From: Glycera tridactyla
Taxonomy: Eukaryota
Length of the DNA: 64,000 bases
Assembly: GCA_965644265.1 (NCBI GenBank)
Contig: OZ286460.1
Coordinates: 64,914,001 to 64,978,000 of the forward strand
Direction: 5' to 3'
Each line of letters begins with the position of its first letter. Within the stretch, counting starts at the first letter, position 1. The position numbers were made by a program, and so were the translations under genes. The notes beneath the pieces were generated by a model, which saw only the letters and a program-made list of their open reading frames with translations, was not told where the DNA came from and searched no databases. Shown here piece after piece: positions 40,501 to 52,500 of the stretch.

Positions 40501-43500
40501 CTAGGAGAAATGATTGTGCAAGAGATTATGTCGTACATGATGCAAGTAATGCTGAATTTATGTTGATATGACGCAGTAAATCTCAGTATGCAGCATATTC
40601 ATATGGATGAGGTTTTATCTAGCTTCTTTTTTATCGCACATCTTCAAAATACTCTTCACAGATACATTCACACACATGTACAAAACATATATCTCATCAT
40701 ATCATCTCACCTTACTCTAAATCACCTCATCTTGCCTNNNNNNNNNNNNNNNNNNNNNNNNNNNNNNNNNNNNNNNNNNNNNNNNNNNNNNNNNNNNNNN
40801 NNNNNNNNNNNNNNNNNNNNNNNNNNNNNNNNNNNNNNNNNNNNNNNNNNNNNNNNNNNNNNNNNNNNNNNNNNNNNNNNNNNNNNNNNNTGCAGCAATG
40901 CCCATTTATATGGCTTCGTTTAAATTTTTTATGTAGAGGAATGCATAGATAAACACGTGGGCGGATAATCGGACTTGGATGTATTCTGTATATGTAAAAT
41001 AATCGAGATCAGTGTCAAAGTCTTCCCAACTTGTCTGCCTGTTTTCTGTGTCTGACAACTGACGACGGTTAAAATCCAATAGCAGACATAATTCTGATTC
41101 TGAATTGATTTGCCCCCCCCCCCCCAAATTGATAAATTTCCAGGCTAAGTGGTGCTCAGTAAAGCATGTCATAGGACTTCGACATTCGTGGTGGCTGTGT
41201 CCACGATATCTGCCTGATTCCTGTATCTATCCCACATCCAGCATATGACACATTCAGGTGGTTTTTCGAGATAGATATTAATGGTGTGGTTTAAGTATTG
41301 CGAGTGCGACTACCAGCTTTTTTAAGCTCACAAGTCATCAGTTACCTGTCATCTGTATGTGCAGGACCAATCACTTCTTTAATTTTCTTGATTTGACTGA
41401 CGGCTGGTGGCTGGGCGGTTATAGTAGATATTGAAATGTGTTTTCTCATTGACATTCTGTGAATGTGGTATGTTCTAGAAGCGTCTGGAAATGTTTCTGT
41501 CCATATGAATGGATGATGCATTGTGAGAGATACATGCAGAGAACCATTCCTCATGGATGCTGGTGGTGGACTACCAATGATCATGAATGACCTTTCATTG
41601 ACATGTATTTCTCTGTTGAGCTACCAATGATAGATCACATTGTGCCTGGTCTATATTTGTTTACGGTCATCTGCGATGTACTTGAAGCTTACCATGAGCT
41701 GTAAGAGCTGTTCTTTGCATGGAGACGTGACGATCATGCTGTATTGACGAATATACTCATGTCCAGCGCCCTATGCTCCTTGTGCAAAACATAAAGCAGA
41801 AAAAAATCTTGCATATATTGGCTTGAGGATACGTGTTCCTTTGCTAATAATCTGAGCTCACGTCAGGTCCTCGTCCCGTAATATATTCATATTCGTGGTT
41901 AGTAACATAATGCAGGACACTGATTTAGACCTGGTCAGGTATGACAAAACGAGAATTGGCATGAACTAAATGAGTCAAACACTACATTATGCGTTGCTGT
42001 TGTGTGCATCCTGTGCTCGTGATGTGACAAGTGACCAATCATGGTAAATGAGTCAAGCATATATATATATGTATCGAGACTTGCAACTAGAATTGCAGCA
42101 TACTGCGATCAATGATTCGTAGGATTGGAATGCTCGCCAGCATGACCAATATCACTTCCTGCTGCACTAGTGTGAAATTTATTAGCATACCTTAACTGCG
42201 GTGGTCATGTTCATGACCAGATAGGATCATGCATATGTTCCCCTTATGGGCGTGTTTTGATACATGACATCATTGTGATAATGAGTGAGAATGCATACAA
42301 ACACAAATATACTCATTGAGATTTCTTATAATGCATTATTGTAGAGTTGCTTGCTCAACGGCCATATAATAAATATAGAAAGGTCACGAATCTGATGATC
42401 ATCACTAAAGAATCCCCAAAATGTGTGCTACTATCATTCAATTCCAGGGATACAGTTCATAAGGTGATATTCTGTTACACAAGTATGTCATTGAAGCAGC
42501 AGAGCACTTCATTGCACTCCAAATTGTAATTGATTTTATATACTTCCTTAAACATTCTTCCTTTTTGTCTCGACCAGACGAGTGGACTCATTCCCTGAAA
42601 TTTGCCAAGGACAATAATTATGTTGTTCTGATTTACTTAGTGTTAGGGATGTGAATCTTCAGGAACCCAGTCAATTTTCACAGGTACCTGAGGATTAAAG
42701 TTTGGTATCGTGTTTCTACATGACGATGGCAGAATCCAAGAAGTTTATCATATGCTCCCGGAGCACTTTTCTGCTATCTCTACCCATTTTCTTAATGTTT
42801 GGGAATTCCGTATTCCTCCAGTATTTCCAATTACAGCAGTAGTCAAATAAACAAAACGACATACACGGAAAATGTTTGATATTGGTTGCTGACAATCTCG
42901 CCAATCTGACTGAAGGTGATTTCAATTTACATCCCTGACTTGTCTTCATGTCAGAACAATGTGTACTACTTGCCCTCTACCTATGCAAGTGTGCTGCTGT
43001 TTCTTGTGACGAATGTACCGACAGATAAAGTTTGCATTCTATTATGTACTCAGATGGCCGTTGGTTCGAACTGTCGACATGTCATACGAAATGTATGCTT
43101 CTCACCATTGGTTTGACCAGATACTGCCAGTGTTACATTCACCGCCGATTCCACTACTGTGTCCACCTTCTCACTTCCGGTGCAAGCTATTCAGTGTTTT
43201 CACACGCATATTTATTGCATTGCTCTCAAACGTGAAGGCATATATTGTCAGAGAACACGAGAGTGATGTGCAGTGATGTGCAGTGATGTGCAGCCATGTA
43301 ATCTCTAGGCATGCACAGATAGAAACTCCAGGCATGCACAAACATGTTTGTCATCTTTGATGCACATATTTTGTGTGATATCACGTGTTGCCTATTCCGT
43401 GTTTTGCTATAAACGTAAGACAACGGTGCCCGAAGCTAGGCTGCAATGACACCCAAATAATATTGGTGTGGTAAGGGCTGAGTTTCGAAGATCCAAATCT

Positions 43501-46500
43501 CCGAAGAAGTGAATGCTGCACCGGAAAATGAGGATGTGGATAGAGACTAAACACAATTCACTTTGCTGATATCATAGATGTAGTCTACTAGCTAGTCAGT
43601 TATTATTTCAAACTAATCAATTTCACGACATCAATGGTGCCGAAGTTGAAATCTTTTCCTCCCGAAATGCACACAGTCCCTGCTAAAAAGCTGATGAAAA
43701 TATATAAGCAGATAAACATCGATATAACCATCAGAATATGCCAAATCTGCACTCGAAACAATCTTCCGTTAAGTAATTGCCCTGAGACCTGTCAAACTCG
43801 ACTGTACCCTATCATCATGCTGTGATATGAACACAATGGAAAACACCACGACTAATACCTAGCCAACTCTTGGTCAATGAGTCAACTCTGATGCACCCCC
43901 AATTTGCAAACATTAACTAACTTTTTTTCTCCGAAGAACAGACGTACACAGTTCATAAATTAATAACAAGAGAATTGCGACTGTTGCGATATAGCATCAA
44001 TGACAATATAAATTGCCGTATTTTGTTCATTCTCACCATGTGTTGTCAGGAATCTGGGCCTACCATGCGACTTGGTGATAGTTAATGATATCACAAACAA
44101 AAGCTATATAACTTCTGTTTGTACATTCATTGATAAAATACATTATTGGAAAATGGTATGCACTGATAGTTTTGCTCTACCCACGAGATTAATCTCAAGT
44201 TATGTCCTTGATACACCTTATCATTGGCATGATACAGAAGATTGTGTATATCCTGCTTTGTAAATATTACAACTAAAATCCAATTCATTTTTGGCAATGG
44301 TTCAGCGTTCACCTTCATATTGGCCTGATTCTGGGGCCGGTGACCGCCCCTTCCCTTCCCCCTGACAACAAACTTGCAAGAAACAAGGTTGCTCTGAGAA
44401 ATGTTGATTCCCTGGCCAAAGAAGGCATCAGATCAGGTCGTTTCTTGGTAATTTTCATTGTGCCTTTTAATATCTTGGGATGTGATATTCGGTATTGAAA
44501 TGGTCATGGTTCCGTTTGACGGGAATCTAATTGTATGGGATTTTCGTGATGATGTTCATGAGTAGAGGCTCTCCCATCATAGGTCTTCAATCAACTTCAC
44601 ATTTGAATAAGTGGCCAGGTTTTTGTGGTCACTTAGCACGTCATTTACGAATTTGAAGTAGTCCATCAAAATTGAATCATATAGCTGGGCAAAAGATATT
44701 TTGTATATTCATATCCAGAATTCTTTCTGATCTTATCCACTACGAAGGATCGTTTGATGCATTTTGGCATTGATTGTACAACTTTGGCATGGTTGAGTCT
44801 TATGACACCAACTCAATGCTAGCCGATGATGAGCATGAAGCTGTGATAGATCTCCTACAACGGTAAGTGCGTAGAGACAGATCCATGGTCGGAGGAAGAA
44901 CTGCTCCCAGGGGACGACACCCTGCTTATGCTTCAAGGAGGACGCCATATAACGTTATAATCTCGTATTTCAATTTCTTCCGCGCCATCTTGACAGGTGT
45001 TACATTGTTCTCTGTTTATTTGTTTACGCAGGAGGTTCGTTAGAGATGTTCATGACGGAAGATCAAAAGAAATACTACAATGCCATGAAAAAGCTCGGCT
45101 CAAAGCAACCGCAAAAACCCATTCCAAAACCAAGGGTATGTATCCGTTGCTGCATGTATCATGGGTATGGGGTATATTTGAACGTCCATGTTTTCGTATG
45201 AGTGAGGATGCGTATGTGTATCTTCAGTCAGGGAATATATTAGTCGATATAACTACATTTTGATAACTTTATGAATTGTATCAAACTTATCAGGTCGATT
45301 CCGAGCTTTGCAAAGCTAAATTTATTCAAGGGTATATCGTAAATGTTCAATTTTATTGTCCACATATTTTCGATCTCCGATTTGCGGGGTAGGAAAAATA
45401 CACCTTCTCTGATATATCAACCGTGTTATACTCAACACGGATACGATCCTTGTGTAGATATCTTAGCAAAGAAAGACCCTTTAATATCATTGACATTTTC
45501 CGTCATTTTCACAGTACTGTCTTTATCCCTGTCTTCAATCAAGAATTAAGCAGTGACATTTTTTATGTTTGTTTCAGCTCAAATGCCAGCTGTTCTTCTT
45601 CATGCTGACCACAAATCAAAAGTTTGACATTGGCATCATGAGCGTGATCATGCTGAACATGATAACCATGGCGATGGAACACTATGGTCAGAGCGCAGAC
45701 TTTGCGGACGTTTTAGGTTATATAAATCAGGTGTTCATCGCCATCTTCACGCTCGAGTGCATCATGAAGATCATCGGTCTACGCTGGTACTACTTCAAGC
45801 AGCCGTGGAATGTCTTTGACTTTGTCGTTGTCGTTGCGTCCATATTAGGTACGTCTGTGTCTGGCAACATCAGCGACCTGATACGGACCTGTTTTACGAA
45901 GCAGTCTTCGAACCGTAGGGATGGTTGGGTGACGGCTATACCTGGACCACGTTGTTTTTCTCTCCTTCGAACATGCCCCGCCTCATTTCCAGGGCATGCC
46001 GCATCACTAACAGTTGGATACGCTCCTGATTGGATTAGACTGTATAGGTTGGCATGGTTTTCCTATCAAAATCATGCCAACTGGAGGCATCTAATTCGAT
46101 TGTGAGTGCATCCAAGATTTGAGTGCAAGGCATCCCAGACTATTCATCATTTATTCTGGTGTTGGAAATTGATAATTCCATAAATGCCAATCGAGATGGA
46201 CTAGACCCGCAAGAACGCATTGTCTAGTTCAATCTCTTTTGCATATACTGGTAAATTTGTCTGGACATACTTTCCGATTTCCTTTTTTCTTTCCGGCTAT
46301 TAGTGATCCTCTTTTAATGTGAGCTTATTTCATCATTTCTGCACATGCTTTTCCTCCGATAAAGTTCTTTTGAGACAGGGACCAATGGGAAAGCCTTATT
46401 TATCTTCTTTTTCTTCCTGTTGGATTTCTCTTAAACAAATCGGTAGGCCAACATTTTAACAAGGTCACAATCTATAGAAGTTAAGATCAATTTCGAGCTT

Positions 46501-49500
46501 AGTTGCAGATGCTTTGTACATGAGCAAGACGATGTTTTACATCGCCTTTGCCAGAAACAGCGTAAAATGAAAGCTCGCTGTGTGATTTCGGACCAATATG
46601 TCGATTATGAAAAGAGATCGTTCAGTGCTAACCTGTTTACACAGATTAGCTAGATCTGACAACCTATTTCAAAGAGCCACGTGTGGACAATGCAGCCACA
46701 ATGCAATTGAAAAAGCGGGTGGCCTTGAATGTTATCCATCTAAATAGTATATGCACCTTCATCACCCCGTTGTGGGGAAGATGGATATGGCGTCTCTGAT
46801 TAAAATCTAGGGTTCACGTCATGACCTCACTTTGGATATATGGAGAGCGTGAATCGGGAAGTCGTGTATGCAGAGACTGGTCTTGCTTCATAGGCCTCAG
46901 TACATAGTCACCGGCTGTATAATCAAATATCAGAGAGGCTAAGCATTTGAGATTGCATACGAGTTCAGTAGTTTACTTTTGAATGAGATGACTTCCTATA
47001 TCAAATTCTAGCCCAATTTCACAATAAGTGGAATCAGATCAACAATCGACCGTTATTGACCATCAGTAGCGACATATCCAGAAATGTATCAATTATTTAC
47101 TATGATTCCAACACTTTTTCGTTTTTGATCGAAATGAAATTATGCAATGTATCAACGTCCTGCAAATGATACTTGCCATCAATTTCAACCAAACATTATC
47201 CATTAAATACAATTCTTTTCCAATTTTTCTTTATATCGAACTAATCATAAATTTACATTGTCGTTATTTTCCTTCATTTTTCTGCTCTATTTCTGACCAA
47301 AATAAATTATATTGTCAATGAGTTTAGAATATCGTACACTTACCATCTACTAATATTGTCCAGATAATCCCAAGAGAATTACCAATCAATGTTGCTCACG
47401 GTCACGAAGGGGTAACTATTACACCCTTTCATTCAATAAATTGCACACACTATCCTACTTACACAGGGTTTACTAACTTCAGAACATTGGGCATCTCTTC
47501 ACATATTCGATTGTCAACTGCTGATGTGTGTTGAATGATCCTTCCGACAAAAACCGGCAGAAGAGTGTAGTATTACACCCTTGATCAATACCAATCACTA
47601 ATGAACTAGTGACTGGTATTGATTCCGGGGTCAGTATTTCATTCCCTGGGCTTTTGTAGGTCATGAAGGTGAAACACAATGTCATGGTCTAATCAGGTAG
47701 AGTCAGGTGGTCGTATTGACTCTTGGATCCGACCAAGGCTGGGCATTAGCTGGTCATCATCTGCTGTGAAGGTTCCCCATTGTTGGGTTTTTCAACGCAT
47801 TCAGTTTTCATCTGAATTCCAGAATTACAAATTGAGGGGTGGGGTGTGTCCATCCTTTGCCTTGTGTGTCCAATCTTGTCCTCAGACCACTGGTCAATTA
47901 TGTCCACGTGATCCCATATACCTTCAACGCAAAGCATCCACTTTTGTGATGTGATGCGCCAGGTGTTTTGGTCAGAGGCGGCATTATTAATCAGTGGGTG
48001 AGGGTGAAATGGGATGCATGTGGGAAAAGACTAAAAACAACTCCTGGATATGGTTGCCATCATGGTCACCCAAGGTTCGTAGTGTACTCGCAGGGTTACT
48101 TGGTAACTTTGTGATCACCAAAGGTTAATACCTTCGTGGTACTAACTAGGACTGCTATGTGAAATGGTTTCTTATATATCCACCCCTTTAACCATTGCTG
48201 ATCTTTCCTATTTAACCGGTTTGTGTACTCGCCTTTCTTATTGAGCAGGTTTGTGTATTACTTGCCTTTGCTGTTTAAAACTGTATTGTGTACATGATTC
48301 AACCCGCTCAGACTTGCTGCCTTGCTTCATTCTCACCATACCTCGTGAATTCTGTTAAATTGACTCTGTCAAATGATGAAATTAGGTCATGTATTCTTCC
48401 GGCCAGAACTGAAACGAACAATACATAGAATGGATAAGCTAAGAATCTTGGAATACTAGAATGCATTTCGAATATGTGCCTTTCGTCATACGATCTTTTT
48501 TATGGCAGAGACAATATTCCGATGCAATCACCCAATCAATTGACAGGTTTAATCCAAGCTGTTGGAACATACCGCTGCCTAGTCTGTCAAACTATCTTCA
48601 TCTCAAGATAAGCCCTTTTGTGGAAACAGAGAGCGCCAAAATGTCGCGCTTGATTGTCCACTGACTCTGGCTTGAAGCATTCTTTAATATGAGAAACATG
48701 AATATCTCGATACACCTGAACCAAAAATGCCAACGGGATATGTCTCAGGTCTCTGGTCTACTGGTCATCGAAGTCTTCAATTACCATTAGTACCTTTGGC
48801 GCATTTCTGTAATATTATCCCCTCATTCCCGGCTGTCAAGGATATAGTCTCTGTTTGGCGTTGGTCTTTGGGGGAAAATTTTGTATAAGCTTGGAATGAA
48901 TCCACGAGCATTCATAGCTTCATCCGTGTATTTTCGTACTGGCCTTTCTGTCTGGGAAGAGATCCAATTACGAAGCGTTGATTGAAAGATACCATTTTCC
49001 AAAAATACGATAAAGCGTAGAAATATCAGACGTGATACCATACCCACTGATATTCTCTTAACTTAAACCTTTTGCTTACCACCTAGTCATGCCCGCTTAT
49101 AACCTCTATCATCACTGCCAATAATTGAATATGATACGTCCCAGTGTCCATGAAAAAGAACCTAGGGCAACCTAGAATTGCCTATCATATAGAGTTGTCT
49201 AGTAAAATTGAAGGAGACAAGCTGCGAATGTAGATCCCCTCTTTTCTGAAAATCAGCAGTCATACCATCCTCTCGCCGATATACTTCGACCTTAGCTTGA
49301 TTACATAAACGACGCAATGCGGAATGTTCGGAACATAAGTTGGAGTCACTACTGACCGTCTCATTGGAGTATGATATACACAAATATAGGTATGGTGAGA
49401 ACAGAAGATGACACTGTGGTTGAGCGCCTCTGGGTTGCTATGTATATATTGCTGGTTTTATGAACCCTCTTATGCGTGTTTCGTCAAAGGTATGGCTGTC

Positions 49501-52500
49501 TCTGCAGAAGGACTAGATTCATGTGTATGACCTGATGACCTGTGATTTTACCACTGATAGATGCCTTTCTCTTGTGGGGCGTCCGAAATATATATGGGGC
49601 ATCCTGTGGGTGTGTAGTGCATTCACTCTGTTATCACAGACGTGTCCTACAATAATACATAAAAGAGGGGGTCACTTTACTGAAATTTAAAGGCTATCCC
49701 TGAACTTAGAATCGCACATTATTTGTGTAAGTCTAAATCAAGGAAGGACTTTGGAGATTCGTAGAAGTGACTGTCTAGTGATGTTGATGTCAGATGCTGA
49801 TTCACGTGACCAACTATTACCTGATCTCACTTGGCCTGGAAATGTATCATCATCCTGTGGAAATTGAAAAACAATACCAATCATCGAAGCTTGAAATCGT
49901 CCAATCACTTTAGCGTTTGCTCACATCCGACCCTCGGCACTTCTCATCATGTGTTGTGTTTGCGCTAACATGTTCAATTTATCTCGGATAGAATTGGGAT
50001 GGTGATGAACATGTACTTTGTGGTATGGAGCCACACGTGATGCAGAAAAAAAATGAATAACCTGCTGCATGAATCCATAGATTTTGTGTGTATTCTATGC
50101 GACACTTTATTGACACAGGGCACCCATGGACTGCAAAAGCACCAACAAAGTGTGTCAGCTCTGATTTTGTGAATTCAATGAGGTCATGGTAGTAGTTAGG
50201 CATGTGAACCACTGCATGATATAGCAGGAATCCATGGTTTTGGGATGAACTAGGTTGGGCTGTCATGATGGTATATTTGGCTATTGTAGTCGTGAAATCA
50301 CAAGGCAGCCCAACTTAAAAGGACAAGATGATTCCATTCAACAACTATGGGCTCTTTCTTTTATCACACCACAGATATAGGACAAGGGGTATTTTAGAAC
50401 CAGGAGATATTGTTCAAGATATCCCATGGGTATATTCTCAATGATTTGACAGCATCTGCCCAACACTTATCATATCTCTGGAGTTTCCCATCAGGCCGTC
50501 TTACAAATGAAGTCATCCAAATATTGTCAGTTATGGAAGTTAGAGAAAGCTGCTGAGAATCCAGCGGGTGTCACGAGAGTGATATGATTTTCATCAGTAA
50601 TCAGGTCACTAAGGTGCTCCCTATAAATTGGGAAAGAAAGAAGTTGGACCCCAGTGAAATTGAACAATAGAAGACTGGAGTAAGTGAAACCAGTGCTATC
50701 CGAATATCCGGGCAGTCATTTTCAATTACTTCTGCACTTCGCAGTTGGGACGGTTGTTGTTGAAATGTAAACATCATGTGATTTAAGGTCGCTGTAACGG
50801 TATCTTTAGGTTATAATTGGCACCATCGTGTCCGTCAATGAGTAAAGCAATCTCCATTTATGGAGAGGGTGGATCCCCCAAACTACGACAGGACTGAGAT
50901 GGGGGATGTCAATATGATATGGTAAGAATAAACCAGTCAGCACTCAGGCCAAACTTTTGAAATTTGATAGAGTATCAGACCTTTGATTGAGTATCGCAGC
51001 TTCAAAGGGGACCTAGGGAGAGATGTCTAGAATGATCCCAACAATGCTCATTGCTCAAGCTTCTCACTATAGCCCATGAGGTGCTGATGAGACGGGTTTA
51101 TCAACCCATCCAATCATTCAATGACTCACGAACCCTCGGGATAGTTCAAATACACGAGGGTAGGGGATGAAGTTCCACTCTTTGCGTTCCCCTTGGTACA
51201 TCTCAGTATCGCTGGGAGCGAGGATAGGACTCGGTCACTTATATCGATGCTTGCATCGCATCTGTGTGTAGCCGTCATAACATGTCTGCAGTCGGATTGA
51301 GCAAAGCACGGTTATAACAGAAAGATACCGTACAATGACTCGACATCTCATGGGTTTTTTCGTAGGTTTTAGCGTGACCTTTGGTGTCAACTATTGTCAT
51401 GGATGTCGACATGCCATTGTTATCCATCTGTGAGGTCGGTGGTTCTTACGGACACATGAGCTTATAACGACGTTAACAAATCATGAGGCATTCCTCACCT
51501 TAGAACTTTTTATTTAAGGATCCATGCCATTGAAGTTAGTGTATACTAGGATCTCGGAGTCGGCGCTTAGTCGTCGGGATCCTCCGAAGAAATCCACTGG
51601 ATCTGATATCTACACTCCAAATCTAGTGTGTACCCACTCTCTTAAGCAATGGACCTCCGGAAGGATTGTGACCCTGATCATTTCTGACCAGAAACTGGGA
51701 GCATCTCCTCAAAAGCAATATACTACAAAGACCTCCCGAGCATGAGGGCAAGATGCCAGATAACCTGAAAATACAGGCATTAACACATCTCCTTCACACA
51801 AAAAGCTTCACGGGGGCGTCGTAAGAGTTTCAAAGATAATGACGCTCACCATTATTTATTAGCCAAGATAAGTGAAATCCTTCTGGATGTATATGAACAA
51901 GTTAAATATTTGTGACCTTTGGTTACCGCATTTATTTTTCGGTCATCAAACCTAAACCATGAAATATGATTTAACATTTTCGTCCATCCTATTATCCCTA
52001 GGTTCACCATAAATTCATGTCACTTACTGTCCTTGCCTTTTCTCAAAAGTGTGTGGTCTTTTGCCATATTTATGAACAGGTTATCTAATGATCCTTTCGG
52101 AGACATAGATATCAGTCCAAATTTATACCAATCCTTCCACTGAAACAAAGTCATACAGAGCTGTCCACCCCTCAGGGTCGCTGGGTAATGGTAATGACTA
52201 GGGGGCATGTGGTCCAAGACATGGTCACATTCACAATGGTCTCAGAAATGGGACTACTCAGCGAATGAGTTCATATTTTGGAGCTTGCTCTTCTGTTTCA
52301 AGATTCAGCTCCTGGGGAAAGGCTCTGGCTCTTGTAGCGTACTTACCCCGACATAATATTCATGTAGACTGAGGAATATAGTTATGCTTTGATGAATTGA
52401 GTGCTTACAAACTTCACAGGAATGGCTAGGCCTTTACCAAACAGAAATTGTGTTCCTGCCAAATCCCACAATACCTATTCCAGGGTAACTCATGAACCAA

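Larger units (their letters stand above)
29673..45027 (+). other. 15,355-nt intron with AT-AC termini (U2-like donor ATAAGT; acceptor tttatttgtttAC)
   Basis: The AT/AC junction gives the family-typical QKKK|[10 protein letters not shown]. The donor lacks the U12 consensus ATATCCT. Confidence 0.85.

Noticed and set aside
45032-45135. Nearest AG (45030-45031) as the acceptor for the exon ending at 29672
   Set aside because: Joined to the 29672 boundary it is out of frame (gag gtt cgt tag). It works only with the shifted GT donor, reported as a finding.
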